The position numbers were made by a program, and so were the translations under genes. Source: Phyllobates terribilis (lineage: Eukaryota). Taken from it: a DNA stretch of 64,000 nt. The notes beneath the pieces are model-generated. The model was not told the origin of the DNA. It searched no databases and was given only the letters and a program-made list of their open reading frames with translations. Location: the NCBI RefSeq assembly GCF_046119375.1, contig NW_027362762.1, positions 694,090,001-694,154,000 of the forward strand, read 5' to 3'. Every line of letters begins with the position of its first letter. Position 1 is the first letter of the stretch. Shown piece by piece: positions 43,340 to 55,414 of the stretch.

Positions 43340-43740
43340 TTATTGAAAGTTCCTCCGTCCTTATTTTTGTCAGCTTTTGCTTGGAAGGCATAAGCAAAGA
43401 CTGTGGGAGACCCACTCCCCAATAATGGGAATAATATTTTTAAGATGCTGTACTGTATGGCTCTTGTAAGGGGCATTGCAAGTTCCTCCGTCCTAATTTT
43501 TCGCAGCTTTTGCTTGGAACGCATAAGCAAAGACTATGGGAGACCCACTCTCCAATAATGGGAATAATGTTTGTAATATGCTGTACTGCATGGCTCTTGT
43601 AAGGGGCATTGCAAGTTCCTTTGTCCTAATTTTTGGCAGCTTTTGCTTGGAAAGCATAAACAAATACTATGGGAGACCCACTCTCCAATAATGGGAATAA
43701 TGTTTTTAAGATGCTGTACTGTATGGTTCTTGTAAGGGGC
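43340..43740. repeat. 133-bp tandem repeat x3 in the hAT 3' region
   Basis: GGGAGACCCACTC at 43405, 43538 and 43671. Confidence 0.92.
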
Positions 43741-44470
43741 ATTAAAAGCGTCTTGTTAAGCTACTGTGACCTCCACCACTTTTCTGAGGGGCATTAAAAG
43801 CGTCTTGTTAAGCTACTGGAACCTCCACGTCTCTTCTGAGGGGCATTAAAAGCATCTTGTTAAGCCACTGGGACCTCCACGTCTCTTCTGAGGAGCATTA
43901 AAAGCGTCTTGTTAAGCTACTGGGACCTCCACCACTTTTCCGAGGGGCATTAAAAGCGTCTTGTTAAGCTACTGGGACCTCCACCACTTTTCCGAGGGGC
44001 ATTAAAACCGTCTTGTTAAGCTAATGGGACCTCCACGTCTCTTCTGAGGGGCATTAAAAGCGTCTTGTTAAGCTACTGGGACCTCCACGTCTCTTCTGAG
44101 GGTCATTAAAAGCATCTTGTTAAGCTACTGTGACCTCCACCACTTTTCCGAGGGGCATTAAAAGCGTCTTGTTAAGCTACTGGGACCTCCACGTCTCTTC
44201 TGAGGGGCATTAAATGCGTCTTGTTAAGCTACTGTGACCTCCACGTCTCTTCCAAGGGGCATTCAAACCATCTTGTTAAGCTACTGGGACCTCCACGTCT
44301 TTTCCAAGGGGCATTAAAACCGTCTTGTTAAGCTACTGTGACATCCACTTTTCTTCAAAGGCGCATTAAAAGCGTCTTCTTAAGCCACTCTGAACTCCAC
44401 AGCTCTTCCAAGGGGCATTGAAATGTTGTTTTTAATTACCTCTAACCTCCACGACTCTTCCAACAGGCAT
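43735..44470. repeat. 52-bp minisatellite, ~14 copies
   Basis: ATTAAAAGCGTCTTGTTAAGCTACTGGGACCTCCACGTCTCTTCTGAGGGGC; CATT anchors every 52 nt from 43741 to 44469 with no phase slip. Confidence 0.96.
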
Positions 44471-44989
44471 TGCATTTCCTCCTAATTTTAGTCAGCTTTT
44501 GCTTTTCAATGAAAAGGCGAAAACTAAGGGAGACCCACTCCCCAATAATGGATAGAAGGTTTATAGTACACTGTAATCCACGTCTGTTTCAAGGGGTATA
44601 GCAGTTCCTCATAATTTTTGGAAAGCCTTCCATTCACTGCTTAGGCCAACAGTGTACAGGAGACCCAGTTGCTATAAATGGAAAAAACGGTTTAGTTAAG
44701 GCCCTCTGACCTCCATGTCATTTCCAAGGGGCATTGGAGTGCACTCACTGTATGCCCTATAACTGTGTAGCCGAGCCGCTCATTTTGTTACAGAAACATA
44801 TCCTACAAGACATACAGTATGTGCTTGACTGGCCTGATATTGATGTGAATGGTCCCTGTTCCTCCTGCTCTTTCTCCTTTGCCACTACCTCATCCATCAT
44901 TTATCACCTGAAGCTTTGTTTTAACGGGAGTCATAGAACTGGGATAGTAGCAGGAAAACATCCAGCAATCCTCGGAGGAGGTAGAATAT

Positions 44990-46440
44990 GCGCCAAAACG
45001 CTGACCACCTCAGGCCTAGCCGCTACTACATACATGCGCTTGCATTCCAAGAAAACAAAGCAGATGCTAACTTCTATCATCATCATCATCATGGGTCCTC
45101 ACCTTGGCACTCTCAACTCCCCTGATGGAGAAGCCAGGGCCCACCGGAGGAGTCTGGTTCTCTGGTGGGCTCGTCCAATGCTGCCCTGAAGCAGGCCGGG
45201 ATAAGAAAAGTGTGTGGGAGGGATGTTCCAAGGAGAAATAGGGGCGGCTGGGGACCGAGTATGGATACACCGGCCACCTCCTGGCGGCTGGGGACTGTGT
45301 GTGGACACCTGGCCGCCGGGCGGCTGGGGACTGAGTATGGATTCCAGGCCGCCAACGCAGCCATGACGTGGTGGCCAGATTCCGCCTCCACATGCCTAAA
45401 AGGCCCAATTTCAAGTGCAAGCAAGCAGTATAGTATTGCAGCCTGTGGGTGGGTGGGTGGTTGGCTGCATATTTGCGCTTGCATTGCAAGGAATGGGAGA
45501 GGTACAATTGAACACTGCCCTGGGACAAGGACTTGAACGGGGATAGTTGCAAGTCTGCAACGACAGGTGCAGGGTGGGAGGCATCTTCGCATGTACCATG
45601 AACAGGGGTTTGGCATGCACACACTACAGCGGAATAGGCTGTCCTTCCCACTAAATGCACTGGGGAGGGCACAGGTAATGTTTTGGTATGCGTGCTTAAT
45701 CTTATGTATAAGGCACACCGGGACAAATAGCGGCGGCTGGGGACTGAGTATGGATACCTCGCTGCCGAAGCAGCCATGAGGTAGTGGCCAGCTTCGGCCT
45801 CCTCCAAACTAAAAGGCCCCATTTCAAGTGCAAGCTAGCAGTATGGCATTGCAGCCTGGGGGGTGGGTGGGTGGCAGGCTGCACACTTACGCTTGCATTA
45901 AAAGAAAACAAAGCAGATGCTAACTTGTATCATCATCCTCATGCTCCTCACCTTGGCACTCTCAACTCCCCTGATGGAGAAGCCAGAGCCCACCGGAGGA
46001 GTCTGGTTCTCTGGTGGGCTCGTCCAATGCTGCCCTAAAGCAAGCCGGGCTAAGAAAAGTGTGTGGGGAGATGTTCCAAGGAGAAGTAGGGGCGGCTGGG
46101 GACCGTTTATGGACACCTGGCTGCCCCCAGGCGGCTGGGGACCGTGTGTGGACACCCGGCCGCGGGGCGGCTGGGGACCGAGTATGGACACCAGGCCGCC
46201 AACGCAGCCATGACGTGGTGGCCAGATTCCGCCTCCACATGCCTAAAAGGCCCAATTTCAAGTGCAAGCAAGCAGTATGGTATTGCAGCCTGGCGGTGGG
46301 TGGGTGGTTGGCTGCATATTTGCGCTTGCATTGCAAGGAATGGGGGGGTACAATTGAACACTGCCCTGGGACAAGAACTTGCATGGGGATAGTTGCAAGT
46401 CTGCATCTTCTGATGCGGCAAGGATGACTTCTGATGGGCA
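44990..46440 (-). pseudogene. Tandemly duplicated antisense hAT transposase fragments inside hAT copy 2
   Basis: Minus strand reads TPVHGTCEDAS…SVQLYLSHSLQCKRKYAANHP…YSVPSRRY, homologous to sense 40870-41270 (SPVHTACKDA…SVQLSISQTIERKRKFAANAP…RYSVPSRHY); ~850-bp duplication (45064/45917). Confidence 0.85.
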
Positions 46441-47282
46441 CACTTTTAGGCAGTGACCTGGGTGTCAGAGATGCTTCCAGGGGTCTTCCCCATGCTGTTA
46501 CCATGTCTTTTGAGCACTGTATGCATGTGTCACACAGCACATGGCCAGATAAGGTTGTAAAATGTTAAAATGACATTTGTCGGTGAATGCATTTGTCACG
46601 GTTGAAAGCAATACAAAAGTGCAAAAACGCATAAAAAATGCTACTTGTGAACATAGCCCAAGGTGTGGAGGAGAATTTTTTTTTTTGGTTATTTATTTTA
46701 CCATATACACAAGTCTTTACCCTGGAAAGAAACTTCCTTAACATATTTCATAGGAAAGCAGTTTCAGTTTCGTTTTTGAACGTTTTATTGTGAGCCCTTA
46801 AAAGTGGCTTAATACCTCTGACCACGTTGTTGACAGCAGTGACCTGGGGGTCAGAAATGCTTCCTGGGGCGATAACTATGCTGTCCCCATGTCATTTGAG
46901 CACTGTCACTATCGTTTTGGGCACTTGTTAGGCTTTTAAAAGACTGCCGGGGGTGCCGCCGCAAAAATGCTCAGGTCTCCCATAGACTAACATTGGTCTC
47001 GTTGCTCGGGTCGAGCACCCGAGTATCACGGCGAGCTCGGCCCGAGCTTCGAGCACCCGAGCATTTTAGTGCTTGCTCAACACTAATGATCATGTGATAT
47101 GTCAGTTTTTCTTTTTTAAGAAATATGCAAAAATTTCTACATTTCTGTTTTTTTTCAGTCAAGGGTGCACACACAGTGTACTTTAATGAGAAAAAAATGA
47201 ACTTTTTAGAATTTACCAAATGGCTGCAATGAAACAAAGAGTGAAAAATTTAAAGGGGTCTGAATACTTTCCGTACCCACTG

Positions 47283-47284
47283 TT

Positions 47285-47332
<48 letters not shown>
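47283..47332. repeat. (TA)n microsatellite between two Tc1 elements
   Basis: Seen directly. Confidence 0.95.

Positions 47333-48969
<1,637 letters not shown>

Positions 48970-49030
<61 letters not shown>
48970..49030. repeat. (TA)n microsatellite
   Basis: Seen directly. Confidence 0.97.
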
Positions 49031-49032
<2 letters not shown>

Positions 49033-49334
49033 CAAAGTCACTGGCAAAATACTGGACGGGAGATATGTAGCACTGAGGTTGTTAGCTCCGGTATTTAAAA
49101 ATAGGAAAAAGGTTCCAGCGCACGAGTGGGTTAAAAAGCCATCTTGGGTGCTAGGGTGATTGAACACCTGTAGAGAGGGAGGGGGTCAGAGGATAAAATC
49201 CCAGCCTGGAGAGCATTTGGTGTGGGGGTGGGCTGGAGGTTAAGCTCGTTTTGTATAAGGCTGTGAAACTGCAGACCAGTTACATTGCCCATACTGACCC
49301 TGTCCATTACCAAAAGCTCCCAGATTGGACATGT

Positions 49335-49680
49335 GAGCACTAGGATTGGAAAATGGAGCTATGGAAGAAGTTGGCTTGATCTAAAAAATCATGTTTTCCT
49401 TTATATCATGTGGACAAAAACATTCTTGTTCAGCACTTAACTGGGGAAGTGGTGCTACCAGGATGCACTATAGAAAGAACGTAATGTGGCAGAGGTATTG
49501 TGATGTTCTGGGGAATCTTATGATGGGAAAGCTTTGGTCTTCACGTTCATGTGGATGCTATTATTGCAGACCCACAGCAACCTTCATCTCAATGGTATTT
49601 CCTAATGGCAGCTGCCTCTTTCAGCAGGATAACGCATTTTGCTATTCTCCTAATATAGTATAGTAATTCTTTGAGAGATA
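49335..49680 (+). pseudogene. Degraded Tc1 transposase fragment
   Basis: Degenerate WKKVAW.., GIVMFWG.. and VFPNGSCLFQQDNA segments. Confidence 0.7.
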
Positions 49681-50243
49681 AGGTGAAACTATTCAATATT
49701 CGGTAAGTAGTTTTATTGTTATGACTGATCAATATATCCCAAAAAATCTATTTATAACACTTAGTTTTGAGTTTCCCTTTTTTTAATGAAGAAACTGATC
49801 TATGGCAAATACTATATGGCCTGCCCGCTGCATTTAAAAAAATTAGCTTACTATGGAAATATGTCAAGAGATATCTAAGTGCAAAGGTTGTGTTTTTTTC
49901 TATGGGAATGTGAAGGTTAGGGTAATTTCGTTAACATGTAATGCATAGTTGATTATTTACAATTCAGAAAAAGAACTTATGTGTGGCCTTTGTAGTAAAA
50001 TTGAATTGTCTCTTAGAACATTTGAAAGTTTTCCATGATGTTAGGTAGGAAAAATCATGTTAACAAAAGTAGTATTTCACCTTTATAAAAATATTAACTT
50101 CAAGAATTCAAGTTCTTATGGAAAAGTACAGTATAAAACATATGAATTTGGTTTTAGATGGTTTTGCAGACATCTCCTAGTTTTTCATGGACTTAAAAAA
50201 AGCAATGCAGAAGATGTGAAAATAAAATTCTTAATACACTTAA

Positions 50244-50656
50244 AGGGGTTGTCCACGACTCAGAAAATTCCTTCTCAATTGCGATATTCCTCATAAAATC
50301 ACAGCCTATACTCACCTCTGATGCCGTTGCAGTGATTACTGCACGGATCTCCTGGGGCTTGTGCGACATTGTTATGACAAGTGAGCCCTGGAACCAATCA
50401 GCTGCCGCTTAACACTCACTTCCTTTGGATGAAACTGACACCCAGAAGAAGTCAGAGTTGCTGCTGATCTCTGACTTCTTCCAAATGTCAGTTACGTGAA
50501 TTGAGAGTTAAGTGGCGGCTGAATAGCTCCAAGGACAGCAAGACTGGAGACCTAGTGCCATCATCGCTGTAATGGTGCTGGCATCGGATGTGATTACAGA
50601 CTGTTGATATTTATACGGGGGAATATAGCAATTGACAAGGGTTTGTCCAAGTAGTC
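50244..50656. mobile_element. Kolobok/T2-type MITE, right TIR lost
   Basis: TTAA|AGGGGTTGTCCAC start; inverted arms (CTCAATTGCGATATTCC / GGAATATAGCAATTGAC). Confidence 0.6.
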
Positions 50657-52602
50657 TATGATTGTTCCCCTGAGTTGCTTCCCTGTTCGGTTCCTTCAAC
50701 ACATCTCTATAAACAGTCTTGTGTAATGATGTGTTGACTGGGTTAATAGGTACAAGAAGTGCATGTACACCACAGTGTGAACGGATGGGTTGGAGGTAGG
50801 AATGATTGAATTTAGAAGATTTGACTTCTCCAAATTGCACAGATTTGAATTGAATGTTCGTTATTATGCTCTGGGGTCTCTCCAGACCCAGCACATAATA
50901 AACAAATGATGTTAAAAAAAGAAGTTAATGCTCATCGGTCACCTTTCCTGCCAACTTGTCATCTTTTCCCCTTTCCCCGTCATGCGCATTCTCTTCGGTC
51001 TCTACAGTGAAGGTCAGGTCCTCCGGCTCGACTTGGCCTTGGACATCATTGTGCACTGTCAAGCGACACATGTCGTAACGTCTATGATGTCCGAGGCCTA
51101 GTTGAACCGGAAGACCTGGCTTAGAGTGAAGAGACGAAAGAGAATGGGCGATGGGGGATCTGAAAAGAAAAGATGCGGAGGACTGGGTGGCGGGCTGTGG
51201 GAGAGGTGAGTTGTGAGGTGAGTATTATTACCATTATATATATATTTTTAAACTGTTTGTAGGCTCTCTATGGGTCAGCAAAATGAAGGCTGAAGCTAGC
51301 CACCATTTTGCTGATTTTACATGGGCCCTCTATTTTTTAGCAAAATTACGGCTGCAGCTGAATTTTGTATTTTGTATGGAGCAACTTGAAAAAAAATCTG
51401 TATTCTCAAGAATACGATTTTTTATAAAAATTTAAGGAGAATTCAATTTCACTGGATTAAATTTGTTCATGTCTAGTGGGCAGCAATGAAGAATAAACAA
51501 AACCCCCAAATTATCTTACTCAATTGTCTGATCAGAAACTTATCGCTAATTATAACTAAAAGAAATGTATTACTTCACCGTTAATAAAAAAACTCTATGG
51601 CATGAAAATTGTCCCAATGTTCCCTTTTTGCGTGCACTAAAAAAAAATATGATAGCCTATATGTCTTTTCATCCACGATCAACTGATTTTTCTAGCAAAA
51701 GTTCCCCTATGTTTAAGCATTTCATTATCTGAATGAACACACACATCCCTACATGTGGAAATATGACTTCACACAACAATTACGGAAGACTTGTTGGCAT
51801 TTGCCATTTATGTAATTGTCTGAAGTCCATTAGAGATTATACCTTACTTGCTCACACTATTACAAAGACAAGAAAGAGCTGGTGATTCATATAGGAAACA
51901 TGTTTTACTGATCAATCAATCACAGCAAATTGCTCAATAGTACTTGACGTAATGAACTCTTAGGTTTCGGTACACACTGAACATGTGATATTTATAGATA
52001 TGTTTTCAGATTACCTGAAGTGGAATTTGTTAACTGCACTTTGTCAATATACATTTTGCAGACGCCAAGATAGGATTTCATAATTTTTTTAACTCAAGTA
52101 TACTTTGTTGATTTTCATAATCTAGAAATTTGGAAAGGTAATAGTCCTTTTGCAAAACGGAATGATCTTAAATTTTAGGACTCTGTGCACACCAACTACA
52201 GGACATTAATACGCTGACAGCCATGTTGGATCGGTTTTAAAGTAGGTAGAATTAAAGTAATAAAGACCTTGAAGGTGTCTCAATATTTGTAACAGCCAGA
52301 ATTACACCGTAAAAAATACCAGATGAGAGTAAGGCTTTGAAAACTTGTTAAGGGTCTAAACTCATTGCTAATAAATGTTCAACAAATGACCTAAGTCATA
52401 CTTTAGGAGCTCAACCATGTTCTTATCATAGATACATCTCTTATGTGTGTAAAGATGTACTTCAAAATTAAAGGGGTCGTCTATTTTATAAAAAAAAATA
52501 TTTTCATGTACTCTGTTAGCAGACTTTAAAGAGAACCTGTCTGCATGATTTTGTAATGTAAAAAAGTAAAGATATGGATGTAATGGCACTGTAACTGTAA
52601 TA

Positions 52603-53877
52603 CAGTGGGTACGTAAAGTATTCAGACCCCTTTAAATTTTTCACTCTTTGTTTCATTGCAGCCATTTGGTAAATTCTAAAAAGTTCATTTTGTTCTCATT
52701 AAAGTACACTCTGCATCCCATCTTGACTGAAAAAAACAGAAATGTAGAAATTTTTGCAAATTTATTAAAAAAGAAAAACCGAAATATCACATGGTCATAA
52801 GTATTCAGACCCTTTGCTCAGACACTCATATTTAAGTCACATGCTGTCCATTTCCTTGTGATCCTCCATGAGATGGTTCTACTCCTTCATTGGAGTCCAG
52901 CTGTGTTTAATTAAACTGATAGGACTTGATTTGGAAAGGCACACACCTGTCTATATAAGACCTCACAGCTCACAGTGCATGTCAGACCAAATGAGAATCA
53001 TGAGCTCAGAGACAGAATTGTGGCAAGGCACATATCTGGCCAAGGTTACAAAAGAATGTCTGCATTACTCAAGGTTCCTAAGAGCACAGTGACCTCCATA
53101 ATCCTTAAATGGAAGAAGTTTGGGACCACCAGAAGTCTTCCTAGACCTGGCCGTCCAGGCAAACTGAGCAACCGTGGGAGAAGAGCCTTGGTGAAAGAGG
53201 TAAAGAAGAACCCCAAGATCACTGTGGCTGAGCTCCAGAGATGCAGTAGGGAGATAGTAGAAAGTTCCACAAAGTCAACTATCACTGCAGCCCTCCAACA
53301 GTTGGGCCTTTATGGCAGAGTGGCCCAACGAAAGCCTCTCCCGGACTATGAGAAATAAGATTCTCTGGTCTGATGAGACGAAGATAGAACTTTTTGGTGA
53401 TAATTCTAAGCGGTATGTGTGGAGAAAACCAGGCACTGCTTATCACCTGCCCAATACAATCCCAATGGTGGTGGCAGCATCATGTTCTGGGGGTCTTTTT
53501 CAGGTGCAGGGACAAGACGATTGGTTGCAATTGAAGGAAACATGAATGCGGCGAAGTACAGAGATATCCTGGATGAAAACCTCTTCCAGAGTGCTCTGGA
53601 CCTCAGATTTGGCTGAAGGTTGGCTGTACTAGCTCAAAAGGCTGCTTCTACTCAATACTGAGCAAAGGGTCTGAATACTTATGACCATGTGATATTTCAG
53701 TTTTTCTTTTTTAATAAATTTGCAAAAATTTCTACATTTCTGTTTTTTTCAGTCAAGATGGGGTGCAGAGTGTACTTTAATGAGAAAAAAAATCAACTTT
53801 TTAGAATTTTCCAAATGGCTGCAATGAAACAAAGAGTGAAAAATTTAAAGGGGTCTAAATACGTTCCGTACTCACTG
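52603..53877 (+). mobile_element. Tc1 family A, internally deleted copy
   Basis: TA|CAGTGGGTACG … CGTACTCACTG|TA; colinear with 36425-37861 + 47094-47282, with deletions near 53340 and 53620. Confidence 0.93.
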
Positions 53878-54221
53878 TACATATTTAATTGATCCATTTA
53901 GTGAATAAATCTGCTTCGCTGTACTTCTTCTGTCACCATTTGAAGTTTTCTGTTAATTTGATTTTCGGAGCATAGGGTCTGGACTGTGCACTGGGTCTTC
54001 TCCTCCCTGTCTGTGATTCACCAGCCCCTCCTCCTGCCTCCAGTCTTTGAATGATCTGCCTCCTCTGTTTGAAATCTCAGCATTGATCTGTCATTCACAG
54101 ACAGTCAGCATGCGGAGAAGCGGGGAATTACAGAAAGGGAGAAGACCCAAAGAATTGTACAGAATATCTTTCACTCTAGAGGATCTGACTTGTTATTATG
54201 CTGCACTGTAAAGTAAACACT

Positions 54222-54453
54222 AAGTGTATGTGCACATGTTAAGTATTTGGTGCAGAAATTTCGGCACTATTTCTGCATCTGTTGGCAGGAAAAACACAGC
54301 TGCAAAAATACACGTTTTTTTTCTTGCGTAATTGGTGCAGATTTTTCCGCTCTCATTAGTATGGGTGAAATCTGCACCAAAAACACTGAAATTAACATAC
54401 TGCAGATTTAAATCTGCACCAAATTTGCAAGTCAAAAATAAGCAACATGTGAA
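54222..54453. mobile_element. Harbinger-type MITE remnant
   Basis: TATGTGCACATGTT start; CTGCACCAAA/TTTGGTGCAG inverted motifs; AACATGTG end. Confidence 0.5.
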
Positions 54454-54454
54454 T

Positions 54455-54714
54455 GGGGCAGCACGGTGGCTCAGTGGTTAGCACTGCAGCCTTGCAGCGC
54501 TGGGGTCCTGGGTTCAAATCCCACCAAGGACAACATCTGCAAGGAGTTTGTATGTTCTCCCTGTGTTTGCGTGGGTTTCCTCCCACACTCCAAAGACATA
54601 CTGATAGGGAATTTAGATTGTGAGCCCCGATGGGGACAGCGACGATAATGTATGTAAAGCGCTGCGGAATATGTTAGCGCTATATAAGAATAAAGATTAT
54701 TATTATATTATAAT
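54455..54714 (+). mobile_element. tRNA-derived V-SINE, full length, with L2-type tail
   Basis: A box TGGCTCAGTGG (54467), B box GGTTCAAATCC (54511), V-domain GTATGTTCTCCCTGTGTTTGCGTGGGTTTCCTCCCACACTCCAAAGACAT, 3' stem-loop and (ATT)n tail. Confidence 0.9.
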
Positions 54715-55259
54715 GAGACTTCAGGATTCTCAATTACTTTGCTTGCATTAGGAAACCCTTCAGGCTTTGTGACAAATCTGCACAGAAAAAAACAAGACAA
54801 AAACTCATCAAATCTGCAATGTCTGCACAGGCCCTTACTGTTAGGTTTCCCCAGATTTTAGGGGACACCTGGTCATACAAATGAATATTGTCCAAAGTGG
54901 ATAATTCCTTTAATATTGGATCTCTATCAAAGTTGCAATACATTCTTAAGTAATGTCTTGTCAGTACATTAAATTGAAAAAAAAAAATACACACTGACTA
55001 AAATAAATATTAAGATGACAGCATAATTAAGAGTGTATAAACCTACAACGAAAGAAGAGTAAACAACAAACGCTACAAATATTAAAATTTATATTTATTA
55101 TTCACTTTTAATACTATGAGACATTACACCTTAAATATCAAGAAAGAGAAAAAGGGAGATAGACCAGAGAATTGGTCTGTGGGCTTCTAAAGATATAGAG
55201 AATTAGCACATCAAAGAAGTCATAATAAGTCAAATAACAGTGAAATGCAATAAGGATAC

Positions 55260-55414
55260 CCATTCCTTGTAGATTGAGAGCCCTCGCGTGCAGGATCTTC
55301 GCTCCTTATGTACCAGTCGCTGACTTGTACTGTTCAAAATTATTGTATTGTTTGCTATGTATACCCCTTTCACATGTAAAGCGACATGGAATAAATGGCG
55401 CTATAATAATAATA
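55260..55414 (+). mobile_element. L2 LINE 3' end
   Basis: CTTGTAGATTGAGAGCCCTCGCG…TGTAAAGCGACATGGAATAAATGGCGCTATAATAATAAT; stem-loop plus (AAT)n tail. Confidence 0.75.

Larger units (their letters stand above)
37862..47085 (+). mobile_element. Full-length Ac-type hAT transposon (copy 2, 9.2 kb)
   Basis: TIRs TAGTGTTGAGCGAGCA / TGCTTGCTCAACACTA (15/16); 8-bp TSD ATGACCAT / ATGATCAT; CTCGG/CCGAG subterminal arrays at both ends. Confidence 0.96.
36425..47282 (+). mobile_element. Tc1 element family A (Eagle/Glan-like by recalled similarity), split by hAT copy 2
   Basis: TA|CAGTGGGTACGGAAAGTATTCAGACCCC … GGGGTCTGAATACTTTCCGTACCCACTG; the uninterrupted paralog at 52603-53877 shows the empty site. 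Confidence 0.92.

Noticed and set aside
43735-44470. CRISPR-like regular arrays (52-bp here; also 46-bp at 7945 and 137-bp at 566)
   Set aside because: Head-to-tail repeats without unique spacers, no cas genes, eukaryotic context.
50508-50894. 128-aa minus-strand ORF (likewise 14410-14733 and 26964-27173)
   Set aside because: Non-ATG starts, overlap with MITE or AT-rich sequence, and no recognisable motifs.
54455-54530. tRNA gene
   Set aside because: The A and B boxes belong to a SINE head continuing into a V-domain and LINE tail; no complete cloverleaf.
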